From positions 12,400,001 through 12,464,000 of the forward strand of contig NC_047068.1 of NCBI RefSeq assembly GCF_902459465.1: a stretch of DNA of 64,000 bases, read 5' to 3'. Below are positions 1-12,200 of the stretch, piece by piece; position 1 is the first letter of the stretch; each line of letters opens with the position of its first letter. Position numbers and translations under genes: made by a program. This DNA is from Asterias rubens (lineage: Eukaryota). The notes beneath the pieces are model-generated. The model was not told where the DNA came from. It saw only the letters and a list, made by a program, of their open reading frames with translations, and did not search any database.

Positions 1-2
1 TA

Positions 3-245
3 TCATTCAAAACCACAGTGGATGATATTGAATGGTCAGACAGTAGGAGGGTTAAAGAAATCTACAAAAGGGTGGACTCTTACAATTTTTCTGCCTCCAG
101 CGACAATGGGAGTTGGATGACCAACAAATTTGACATCATCGATGGTCAGTTCAAAGCGATGGTCACACAGGCCGGTCCCAGTGGTCAATATGTGAGCCAA
201 GATTTCATCAGAGTAACTGTCAAATGGAAACAACAAGTAATTTAA
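3..245 (+). CDS. 3' end of an unidentified protein-coding exon (runs off the window start); weak actinoporin-like resemblance
   Basis: Frame is open from nt 3 to TAA at 243-245: SFKTTVDDIEWSDSRRVKEIYKRVDSYNFSASSDNGSWMTNKFDIIDGQFKAMVTQAGPSGQYVSQDFIRVTVKWKQQVI*. Composition is protein-like and higher in GC than the flank. The family is not recognised with confidence. Confidence 0.5.
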   Translation, partial: SFKTTVDDIEWSDSRRVKEIYKRVDSYNFSASSDNGSWMTNKFDIIDGQFKAMVTQAGPSGQYVSQDFIRVTVKWKQQVI

Positions 246-900
246 ACAAGTTTTTCATAACAAATTATTTGTCCCACCATGACAATGACTAGTTACAAAT
301 GTGACTGTGTGTCGAGGAAGTGCTTTATTAGCACTTGTGAAACTGAGTACAGGGAAGGTATAGGCTTGGTAATCAATCTAAAAATTAATGGTAATTAAAC
401 CTTAGTAGTGCTCAGCTTTCGAAGCATTTTTCGAATCATTTCAGTAATGTGGTTATATGGAAAATATCAGTTTTTATCCCCCGAAATTTAAATTTCAGAA
501 ACATTACTGTCAGAAGCAACAAATGTGTCAACCCATTTTAAAAATGAAAATTTGCACAGTCTGAACATACCCGACCAACTTCCCATGTTTGATACTCGAC
601 GTTGGTCTACAGTCATTAGGATTGTCCTCTGGCACCTGCTGGGCAAACACATTATGCTTTCTGTCTGCAAAACAAATATAAGCAAAATAAAAACGTCTTA
701 ATTTTGATAATTGTTGGAATAACTCTCCTTCGCAGATGCACATTTTGTGGGCTCATACAATAATTGCTACCAGAAAGTTTCAGAAATCCAGCGATCAATC
801 CTTCTCAATAAGAGTTTTCAAGCGAACAATGTGTAGGTTGGATGTCTGTGTTGGATGTCTGTCGTTATTCAGCAGAGTACATATAGAACAGTACTACATC

Positions 901-1041
901 TGGAAAAGTTTCCGTATGGCGCCACCACTTTTTCATTCGATATGAAATAAAATAGTATCTAATTTACCTCAATGAGATATCCCTTTTAGTTTACTTAGTA
1001 AAAATGAGTGAAAAAGTGGTGGCGCCATACGGAAAGTTACC
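901..1041 (+). mobile_element. ~140-bp palindromic MITE, copy 1
   Basis: Ends TTTCCGTATGGCGCCACCACTTTTTCA...TGAAAAAGTGGTGGCGCCATACGGAAA form an inverted repeat. A second copy lies in the opposite orientation at 1944-2075. Confidence 0.75.
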
Positions 1042-1943
1042 CCAGGCAAATCTGGTTACTGAATCATATGAAAGGTATGGGTAACAAAGTTTTAAAAAAG
1101 GAACCAACAAATACCCCCCCCCCCCCCCCACTACCTGTAATTAGTAATAAAAAATTAAAAAACATAAAAACACAAAATTCACAACATAGCGAGGGCGCCA
1201 CCACCTGTTCAAAACACGCCATGCAAGTTCCCAGACACTCATCATGTGCTAAAATCATGTGACACCGACAGGAGGACCGCCGCTGTTTTATTTACTTGAC
1301 TAAAGACCGCCATACTTACTCTTCTGCACAACTTCTTTCTCTGATTCTTCTTGGTAAGGATACCTGAATAATAATCGATTTCCTTTAGACCCTGCAGAGA
1401 CTAATATAACGCTTAGGGGAACCGATCTTCCAGACATTTTAAGGGCGATGAAACTTTGCTAAATTTCCACCACTTACCTTGCCTGGTACCTAAACTTAGT
1501 ATTCTCCGTTTACATACGTAACATTGGCGACCTGGATCAAGGAACCCGACTAAGGCGGCGTTGACAGCTAGTTTCAAATAAAAACAAAAAGAAGTGTGGG
1601 TGTGGCCATGGGATGGGAGGGGGGGGATTTCTTCTTGAATCTTGGTGCCACTCCCCCCTTTTTAAACCTAAAAAATATGTCTTTGATTGTTACTTTTTAA
1701 CAAATTTAATTTAAAAGTAGCTGTGGACACTGGTTCACACTTCAATCAACCAGATTCAATCTACATAAAAATAATAATATGAATCATGATTGATAATAAA
1801 GACAGGATGTAATTTTTTTTAGTTTTGGCTACCACTTCCCGGTCCCATGATCATATGATCATGATGATGAGTGCCAGCAGAATTATCCTCGGCCTATCCT
1901 CACTTTATGTTTCCCATTCCCAACATATGCATAAAATAAAAAG

Positions 1944-2075
1944 GATAACTTTCCGTATGGCGCCACCACTTTTTCACTCATTTTGACAAAAAGGGATATA
2001 TCAATCAGGTAAATTAGATACTATATTATTTTATTTCGAATGAAAAAGTGGTGGCGCCATACGGAAACTTTTCCA
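1944..2075 (-). mobile_element. ~130-bp palindromic MITE, copy 2 (inverted relative to 901-1041)
   Basis: Reverse complement aligns with 901-1041 along its length; the first ~40 nt are essentially identical. Confidence 0.75.
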
Positions 2076-2114
2076 ATAAAAAACCTGTGAACATTTGCGG
2101 AAATATTTTCAGAT

Positions 2115-2168
2115 CCGGAAAACTTTCCGTATCCGGAAAACTTTCCGTATCCGGAAAACTTTCCGTAT
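2115..2168. repeat. 18-bp tandem repeat (CCGGAAAACTTTCCGTAT) x3
   Basis: Directly visible. The unit resembles the terminus of the adjacent MITE. Confidence 0.85.
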
Positions 2169-2607
2169 ATCCATAATCCTGCCACATTTTTTTCACACAT
2201 TTTTTACCAAAAGGTAGCTCATTTGAGTAAATAGTTAGATACCTTTGAATTATTTCATAGGCAGGACACATAAACTTATATCCACTAATTAAAAAAGCCT
2301 GAAGTCTTTCTCAGATTAATTTTTTGGGGTGACAAAAAATTATCTCCTTTTGTGGTCTAAATAAAGTACATTGACATTACTTCAAAGGGTATCAATAATA
2401 CCGACAGCTCTCCAGTGCAGCTCTTAACCAGGTTTTATGGTAATTAATTAATATTTTGAGTAATTTCCAAAGGTATACCCTCCATTTAAAAATGTTTAGA
2501 TTGAGAAAATACTGCATAGTATTACCCTGTTTTTTCTTTTATTTATCAGAATACTTCCCTTTCCCCCCTCTCTTTCTCAAGAATACTTGAAATGATTTCA
2601 ACGTTAT

Positions 2608-3233
2608 GGTTTTAGCTGCTATTGAATAGTGTTGTTATTTTTTTCAGTAGTACGTTTTGGCTGGCCCAAGATGGAAGCGATCAGGTTGAAGATAGCTGGT
2701 TTTAGCTGCTATTAAATAGTGTTGTTATTTTTTCAGTAGTACGTTTTGGCTGGCCCAAGATGGAAGCGATCAGGTTGAAGATAGCTGTTTTTAGCTGCTA
2801 TTAAATAGTGTTGTTATTTTTTCAGTAGTACGTTTTGGCTGGCCCAAGATGGAAGCGATCAGGTTGAAGATAGCTGGTTTTAGCTGCTATTAAATAGTGT
2901 TGTTATTTTTTTCAGTAGTACGTTTTGGCTGGCCCAAGATGGAAGCGATCAGGTTGAAGATAGCTGTTTTTAGCTGCTATTAAATAGTGTTGTTATTTTT
3001 TTCAGTAGTACGTTTTGGCTGGCCCAAGATGGAAGCGATCAGGTTGAAGATAGCTGGTTTTAGCTGCTATTGAATAGTGTTGTTATTTTTTCAGTAGTAC
3101 GTTTTGGCTGGCCCAAGATGGAAGCGATCAGGTTGAAGATAGCTGGTTTTAGCTGCTATTGAATAGTGTTGTTATTTTTTTCAGTAGTACGTTTTGGCTG
3201 GCCCAAGATGGAAGCGATCAGGTTGAAGATAGC
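2608..3233 (+). repeat. 7-copy 89-90 bp tandem array containing the SLC26 splice acceptor and ATG
   Basis: Unit is GGTTTTAGCTGCTATT(G/A)AATAGTGTTGTTAT(6-7)CAGTAGTACGTTTTGGCTGGCCCAAGATGGAAGCGATCAGGTTGAAGATAGCT. ATGs at 2671, 2760, 2849, 2939, 3029, 3118 and 3208; only the last continues into the transporter ORF. Confidence 0.95.
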
Positions 3234-6200
3234 CGCTCGGAATTACTGCAGTAAAGAGAGTTGGAAGAAACGCTTTCCAATCAGTCTATGGTTGCCCAGA
3301 TACAGACTGCCGTTTCTTCTTCATGATGTCATAGCTGGTCTCACTGTAGCGCTAACCGTTATACCTCAGAGTCTGGCTTACGCCAGTATAGCCAAGTTAC
3401 CTGTGCAGGTAAGATGCAAGGGTATGGGTGGAAAGGGTTGGGGCCTAGACAGACTTGAGTCCTTTTCACACTACTCTATTTCCTGGGGTTGCCTCCCGGG
3501 GTTAACGACCACCCCTGCTCCGGGGCTGTAAATACCCTTGGGTGTCATTGAAACGGCAACCGGAACCCTGTGGAATAGGGTCACAGTGTAAATTGCGCTG
3601 GGGGGTAACCATGGGATTAAACAAATCCTTGATCATCCCCAGGACTATATTCCATGCAGATAAGAGATACAGTGTGAAAGGTGTTATGGCTTATTATTAT
3701 AACTCTTGGCTTTGTTTGTTGCGAGTCTTTATTTGTGCAAAAAAATACTGAGTGGCCTGACTTTCTGATCCCAGCACAGAGGGTTGAAACAACAGGCGAC
3801 TAACTTTTTTTGCTTTGATATCATAGGTCCTTTTGGTTGGTAAAGCTTCTTCCATTTTCTCTGTATATCTGTGAATAATGAAGACATATAATTTTGCAGG
3901 GGAGGGTGATTGGTCAGTTGAATTGCAATTAAATAACCTTACATTTACTTATAAAGTATAAAACCATCTTGATCTGTTTCTACAGTACGGTCTCTACTCG
4001 GCGTACATTGGCTGTTTTGTCTACTGTTTTCTTGGCACCTGTAAAGACATCAGTGTTGGACCCACCGCCATCATGTCTCTCCTTGTGGCTAGCTTCGGCA
4101 AAAAGGACCCCTTGAATCCCTTACTCCATGACCCTGTCTATGCTATCGCCTTAGCCTTTCTCTCTGGAATAGTTCAGTTCATACTTGGTGTTCTTCATTT
4201 AGGTGAGTATGGAAAAATGGTTTTGCTGTGGTATTTATACAGGGCTTGGTACTTTTTCATGTTTAAAGACCAATGTGTGAACCCAGAGAACTATTGTGGA
4301 AAGTTTTTTTTTTTTAAATGTTGCATTACTTGTTCACAGAAGGCACTCATTATGGGTTTCCTCAAACTTCTGAACTTAACAGTGACTATTATAGTAGAGT
4401 AGGTGGTTTATCCTGGTGTTTCTGGTTGATGTGAAGCAGTGGTTACAGGAGTGTGTTTTGGCGACCCCCAACCAAAAACTGTTTCTGACGTCATAACCAA
4501 AACGGTAACCGAGCTCACAAACAACTCGGTTATCGTTCAGTCTGAACAGCAGAACCAACGACCAACAACCGAAACAGTTTTTGGTTGGGGTCGCCAAAAC
4601 GCACTCCTGGTTTCCTTCCGATACAGTGACTATTATGGAAGCGGTAGGTGGGTTTATCTCTGTGTTTCTGATTCATTGGAAGCTCTGATTACAGATTTGC
4701 TTTGGATTATTATGAAAGTTTATCCTCTGGCATTGGTATTTCTGCCTCATAGCAAGGACCTTTGTTTTCAGGTTTCCTTCTCAGGCTTCCAAGCTGTAGT
4801 GATAAACAAAGAATAGGAGAGATTTACTCCATTGTTTCTAGTTCACATAGCAGACGTCCCCCCTTTTCCATTTTCAGGCATGAGAAATTTCAGACTTTTA
4901 TCTGATGTCAGACTTGTTGTATGTCTGTCTGGTGAAAAAAAATTTTTTTTGTTTTGTTCAGATTGAAAGAAATCTTACTTTTTGATCTTCTTCTCTGCTG
5001 CTGGCTGAGGATATTGCCCACAGAAGCTCCTTTGAACCTATAACTCCAGGGGTTACCAAAAGGTGGAATTGACATCATTTCGAACTACCTACTTACTTTT
5101 GTTATGATCGTAGCTTCAGACTTTTTTGTCCGCATTGAATCTCAACCCAGCATTTTGTAACAAATAAATTAACAGGTGTTTTCCATTATTGTTACAGGAG
5201 CTCTAACTGGTTTTATCTCGGCCGGTGTCTTAGCTGGCTTCACTTCCATATCTGCCATCACTATCGCATTCGGACAAGTCAGACACGTTCTTGGCATTAA
5301 GTTTGAGTCGGACTCATTTTATACCGGCTTACTTCTCACATTCGAGCATATAAAAGAAACGAAGTAAGTTATATACAGCCACATCTCTTGTGAGATTTAT
5401 ATTTTAAGGTTGATCTTTTTGGCCCAAATTCAGACTTTTTTACGGCAGGGCTGATAAAAAATGGCCCTTTTACTTATCAGGCATGTGATTGGTTAGGATT
5501 TGTCCTGATTTTAGGATTTTTCACTGATGTCCCGGTACCTTCGAATTTTCTTGACAGAGTCAAACTTGCCATCTCAGAGACTTGATAATGTATAACTCGG
5601 GGCTGATTTCATAGAGTTGCTTATGTATATATAAATGTTGGTGATATTAATATTATTGATATTGCACTTTGTATCCATGGGAAAGGGCTCTTTAGCAAAT
5701 TCCGCATTATTATTATTATTATGGCGTGGTGTGTCATGGCTGAGCGGTTAAGACCACCGGATTCAATCTCTGGTGTTTGATCAGCAGAGTGTGGGTTCGA
5801 GTCCCGGTTGTGACACTTGCTACGTAAAATTGGGGAGGTAGTGCTTTCTGCTCTACCGGCCTGACGATAACCAAGCTAACATCCGTATGGACTGTTAAGG
5901 GGGTAACCCTGTTTCAGCCCTAGGAGTAGGTGGCAACGGCCTCTGGAATAAAATAATTGTAGCCCACACCTTGAAGTGGCCTTCCGGCCTTGTGTGTCTG
6001 GCGACATAAAAAACAAATTTAAAAATAAATACAAAAATTATAAAATCCATACTTCTTTTGTATCAAGAACATTGCAACATAAAAATCTAAAACATATTTT
6101 TGTAACCAGTTGTTTCCAACTTTGTTTTCAGTCCTTGGGATGTTATCATTGGCTTAGGGAGTATGGTCATTCTGCTGATTTTTCAGGTGAGAAGGGGCAA

Positions 6201-9200
6201 CCATCTTGTTTTTCTTGCATTCAAAATCGATGCAATGTTTTATACTGATATGAAATGTGCCATTAGTGTGTCTGACCTGGTTCTTCTGCTGCATTCTTCT
6301 CACCCATACACCCTCACCCTTCTCCTGCTTTGGTGAGATGTAGAACAAAGAGCTATTCCAACAGCTTTAGCCAAGTACTGCAGCTCTTTGGAACTTGCCT
6401 GTTGCATGTTTCCCTCCATCCTACAATCTGGACTAACTAGACTAGTTCTTATTAAGTGCCTTTTACAACAACCGTATCGCTGCCCTGGTCATTGGGCCAA
6501 TAACATTCCTTTAAAGGCAGTGGACACTATTGGTAATTACTCAAAATAATTGGTATCATAAAATCTTACTTGATTACGAGTAATGGGGAGAGGTTGATAG
6601 TATAAAACATTGTGAGAAGTGGCTCCCTCTGAAGTAATGTAGTTTTCGAGAAAGAAATAATTTTCCAAGGATTTGGTTTCGAGACCTCAGGTTTAGAGTT
6701 TGAGGTCACGAAATCAAGCATCTGAAAGCACACACTATTGTGTGACAAGGGTGTTTTTTTATTTCATTATTTTCTTGCAACTTCGACGACCGATTGAGCT
6801 CAAATTTTCACAGGTTGGATTATGCATATGTTGAGATACAGCAAGTAAGAAGACTGGTCTTTGACAACTACCAATAGTGTCCACTGCTTTAATCATTCTC
6901 AGCTTCCTGGGGAGTAGGCCCAATACAGCCCCTGGCTGCCGTGGCGCTCAAAAAGCTTTTACAAACACAATATTAGCAACATCTGCCATCGCAGGTACCC
7001 ATGTACACCCCTGGGTGGAGAGAAGCAATTAAAGTAAAGCATCTTGCTAAGGACACAAATGTCATGATCAGGATTCGAACCCCAATAACTTTAACCACCA
7101 GAATTTGAATTTGATGCCCTAAACAGCTCAACCATGGCACCCCACAGAAATAAGAGACAAGAAATAACTAAATAAATATTATGTCATTCCACTCTTTTTT
7201 TTACTACTGATTGATGGGTTGTTTGTGGTTTGCTAACAGTGGTTAAAAGGTCGTGCAACGAGATGGGAAGAAGATGATTCCTACACACCACCCACCTGGC
7301 AGCTGTGTACATGGAAGTTCTTATGGCTCATAGCAACAGGTGGTTATTATACTAACTATTTTGGATTTGGGGTTGAACAAAGTAAAATTTGAACCAACGA
7401 CTTGCGTATTAATTTGACTACCCTCTTCTAAGTGAGCTATCTAGCCCTAAGTTGGTGGTCTCCCTGCTTTGTTTTTGTGAACAAATACAGTAGGAAGAGT
7501 AAACGTTGGGATATTTTAGAGGATTTTGGTGGCGCGGGAACTCTTGATTTTAGATTTGATAACACAGAGATATAACCTAGAATAAGTTTGGAAGATGTAA
7601 TGGTCAACAAGTCAGTGTACTGAGGGATCTTGAGGTCACAGCCTAGCTGCAGGCCTGATACTTCACGGAGGCAACGGAGGCGATTGCCTCCGTTGCCCCT
7701 TGCCATTGCCTTGGTGCCCTTGAAATGCTCCAGTAGAAATTTACAATTTCCTCATAGGGTGCCCTTTGCCAAAGAGAAAACGCCTTGGTGCCCTTGCCCT
7801 TTCAAAAACGAAGCATACAGGCCTGTAGGAATGTGTGTTTTACAGGAGTGAGCCTTGGAATGGCAGAAGATATGGGCCACCTGTTGGTCGCACAGCAGTT
7901 TTTTCTCACAGTAGTACGAGGACATACCCATACTAATTTTTTCACGGATAGAATCTTCTTTTGTTTTTGGTATCTAGGTCGTAACGCCATCGTTGTCCTC
8001 GTCACATCGCTCATTGCGTTTGCGCTAGAGACTCAGGGATTAGGAGATAAGATTTCAGTGACTGGAAACGTCAAGGAAGGATTGCCGCCATTTCAACCTC
8101 CAGATTTTAGCAAGCCGGATCTATTCAGTGTATGTTTGTATGATAACAGCGTTATCATGTGTTTTTTTTCTCTTCGTGGTAAACGATGATAATATTATCA
8201 CCATCTCTGAGTTGACTTAATATCGGAATGGTTCTGTACAGGAACCATAAGCGGAAGGTTCTCACAAGTTACGAACATATAAATAACAAAAACAGGAAGA
8301 AGAAAAAACACACAGCCGACCAAGATTGTCAATTTCATTCCTCATTAAACAAAATATTTGTTTGATTAAACTAAAAACTTGGGTTTTTTAAGCCAGGAAA
8401 AACCATTAGAAACTTATGATGGTGGAGATCTTTGACATTAAATATCTGGTCCATTTGTTCTTGACTGATATGTTGTATTATACAACCATTCAATATTTAA
8501 AAACCAAAACTAGTGGATTCTTAAATTAAATGTATTTGTTTAAATTTTCACTAAGCTGAATTCCCCTAAACAAAACTGGTGCAGGTTTTGAAAGATTAGT
8601 CTACACAGACTTGCATGGAATTGTTGCCAAAAATAAGAATGGCTCACATAATTTGTGAAAGTCGTCTTACCAACTAACTCCTTGATTGGTTGATTCTTCG
8701 CAGGTGATTGGCTTAGGAATAGCGATGGTTCCACTGATTGGCTTCCTAGAAACCATAGCAATCGGAAAAGCATTCGGTAAGAATACTTTTCAATTGACCT
8801 CGGTTCAGCCATCTTGTTTTTTCTTTCATTCAAACCAATGTTACCAAAATGAGTCTGGAAGAGAAATAGTCTGGTTCCTTTTAGTGTTATGGGAATTGGT
8901 ATTGGAGAATGATAGTGGGTTCAGGGAACTAACATGGCAATTAAAATTTATATACTTTGTGACCAGTGACATCACATGTTCACAAAAGACCCACCAAGCC
9001 TGGACTAGGCACAATTTGTACAGAGCCCAACGGAAGAAAACATAATGGAGATTGCATTGCCTAATTTTTATCATTTGTTTATATGATGAAAGGGGGCATA
9101 AACTTTTATAACTCTTGAATTTTTGTGGAAATTTTGAAATAAAATGTAAACTCTCCCGTATTACCAGTGTAGTTGCCTGGTAGAAAGTCCCATAAATGTA

Positions 9201-12200
9201 CATTTAAGGTCACACTTATTGTAAACATATTCAAGTGAGTTATGTCAATTGTGGACTGAAGAAAATGTTGAGGGTTGAATCTGTTCTCTTGTCGGTAGCC
9301 AATGAAGTTTCCTAAGTGATGGGGTAATATGTTCTCTCAAAGGTGTGGAACATATTAAACGAGCTGCACTATTATGTAATCTTTGAACTCTGTCCAATAA
9401 AAAAAAAGTTGCATCTCTGAGAGTGCTGGCTGCAAAATAATAAGATTCAATTTCAAACCAGCTGTATATTTTATCCAAGAATTTACTTCCAGAGTCTTCC
9501 AACTAATTTGAAATTTCTTTTTCTTCATTTGACAGCCCGGCAGAATGAGTATAGAATTGATGCTAATCAGGAATTCATCGCATTAGGTAGGTACAGTCCG
9601 AACTGAACATGTTTCCTTCCAGTTATCCAGCTACCAATGGACAACTTTTGAATTAAAACTTGCTCAAGTCATGCCTATTTTCATCTTAAAGTCACTGGAC
9701 ACTATTGGTAAAAGTCAAAGACTAGTCTTCTCACTTGGTGTATCTCAACATATGCAAAAAATAACAAACGTGTGAAAATTTGGTTGTCGAATTTGCGAGA
9801 TAATAATGGAAGAATAAACACCCTTGTCATACGAGGTTGTGTGATTTCAGATGCTTGATTTCGGGAACCTAAAAAAATCAAATTCTCGGAAGATTACTTC
9901 TTTCTCAAAAAGTATGTTACTTCAGAGGGAGCCGTTTCTCATGTTGTTTTATACTATCAACAGCGGATTTATGTTGCCTTGCCCTTTTTTTGGGGGGGGG
10001 GCTTAGACGATTGAAAATGTGATTTTAAAAGTTTTTGAAAGCTTAAGTTAAGCATAATTTATTGCCTTTGTATTAATTTGCTTGTTTTGGGTTGGTTTGT
10101 TTTTACCAGGTGTGTGCAATATAGCAGGTTCGTTTTTATCTGCATACCCAGTTACTGGTAGCTTCTCCAGGTAATGTGCAAGGGACATGTCTGCTTCAAT
10201 TGTAATAGGGAAAGCTTTGTCACAACAGTTCTAGATTCCATAAGATAGAGGTTTATAAGATCCAACTTGTTGATAGAACCAAGATCAAGAACATCACTCA
10301 AAAGGGAACTGAAGACACACTTGTTGGTTTACATAGACTTACATTCGTTTTAGTTTAACTACATGTTTACAATATTGTTGGTTGTTTATAAATTTCCACT
10401 CAAGTAAACAACAAGTCATAAAACATTGGTGTTGATGAAAATAATATATATTGAGCGGAGGGCCATCTAGAAAACCATAAGGCTTGTAGCGGTGCAAATA
10501 GTTTACTAATGGGAAAATGGGTGTATTCATGCAAACTTGGAACTAATATATATATATTTTTTTCATTTTCATTTTGTGTATTGTTTTCATTTTGCGCCTT
10601 GATTTGTTTTCTTGAGAGGTACGCATTATATATCAATTATAACTATTATTATAAACCATCTTGTTTGTGACTTTTACAGGACGGCCATCAACTCCCAGTC
10701 TGGAGTCCGGACTCCCGGAGCTGGAGTCATCACCGGTGCAGTGGTCATCCTGGCTCTGAGCTTCCTAACACCAGGGTTCTACTACATTCCTAAGGCAGCC
10801 CTGGCTGCTATCATCATTGTTGCAGTGCTCAAGATGGTCAACTATAAAATCGTTATCGCTCTCTGGAGGTTAAGAAGTAAGTCATGGGTGTTTTGTTTAT
10901 AGATCAGGTCATGGGGTTGGTGTAGTACAAAATACTCCTAAAAATTGTATGAAAATCTTATAAGAAACTTATAAGAATCTTATAAGGAACTTATAAGGAA
11001 CTTATAAGAATCTTATAAGGTACTTATAAGAATCTTATAAGAATTGTACAAGAATCTTATAAGAATCTTTCAAAATTCTGAGAGCATTCTTATAAGATTC
11101 TTAAAAGTACTTATAAGCAAAATAGTAAGATCTTATAAGAATTAATACGAATCTAAATTTTCTGACAATATCTTTCCTCTCCTTCCACCTCTAGTACCCT
11201 GGTTTGAATCATGTCGGGAGGGCACTTTTTGGATTAAGTTTTGACTGCTTGGGTTTTCCCTGGAAAAATCTTTTGTGGTTGGGTTGTGAAGTGTTTATTC
11301 TGAAAAGAATCTGTGGTTGACAACTCGTTGTTTCGATCAGTATGCTCTTATCGTCTGCAGGAGAAAGCTGGACTCTGTTGCTAAATGATGCTTAACATGC
11401 ATGGATTATTGTTGACTCAAACTGGCCTAGAAAACCATATATTTATTTATTGTTATTATTGCAGAGATTGAGCTGTTGGGATTCTTTGCAACCTGCATCT
11501 CATCAATGTTTATAGGCGTTGCTTATGGAACCGGAGTTGGCATGGTGTTGGATTTATTCATCTTAATGTATTCGATGGCAAGACCCGGCATCAAGGTGGT
11601 GGAGCCACTAACTTCGGAACAGATGACTCAAGATATGCATTCAACTTCTCAAATTCAGGTAATAATAATAATAATAATAACAATAGTAACTACTTCTTAC
11701 ATAGGGCATTTCACAATACGTATCGATGGGCTTTACATTCGTGCCCTGGTCATTGGGCCAATAACATTCCTCTGTCAACAGCCTGGTCGTGGTTTCCCTC
11801 TTAGTTTTTGATTTCATTCCCATTAATGTTGTTTTGTCCTTGTCTTTCTCTGGGCGCTTTGCAACCTTAGTAAAAGGGCTTTACAAATGTTATCAATAGT
11901 AGCTTCTTTATATATAGCGCTCAGGTCGGTCACCATGGCGTATTATTATTAATATTATGATTATTAATTGATACTTTTGTTTCCCCAGATACGATCCAAC
12001 TCAGCGGTGATTATCCAAGTCGATCGTAGCATTCATTACCCAGCCGCTGAGTATATCTTTGATACACTCAGTGAACACATGCAGAAGAAGGACTACGCTA
12101 GACCGGTTATCTTAGATCTCAGCTTCGTGTCTGAATTGGACTTTACTGTCATTGAGGTAGGCTGGATTCCAGACCATTATCATGGTGCAGCAGTAGTGTT

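Noticed and set aside
2608-3233. CRISPR-like regular array
   Set aside because: Units are contiguous and near-identical with no unique spacers; eukaryotic locus.
5723-5810. tRNA gene
   Set aside because: A and B boxes are present but there is no complete cloverleaf. It continues into a multicopy SINE body.
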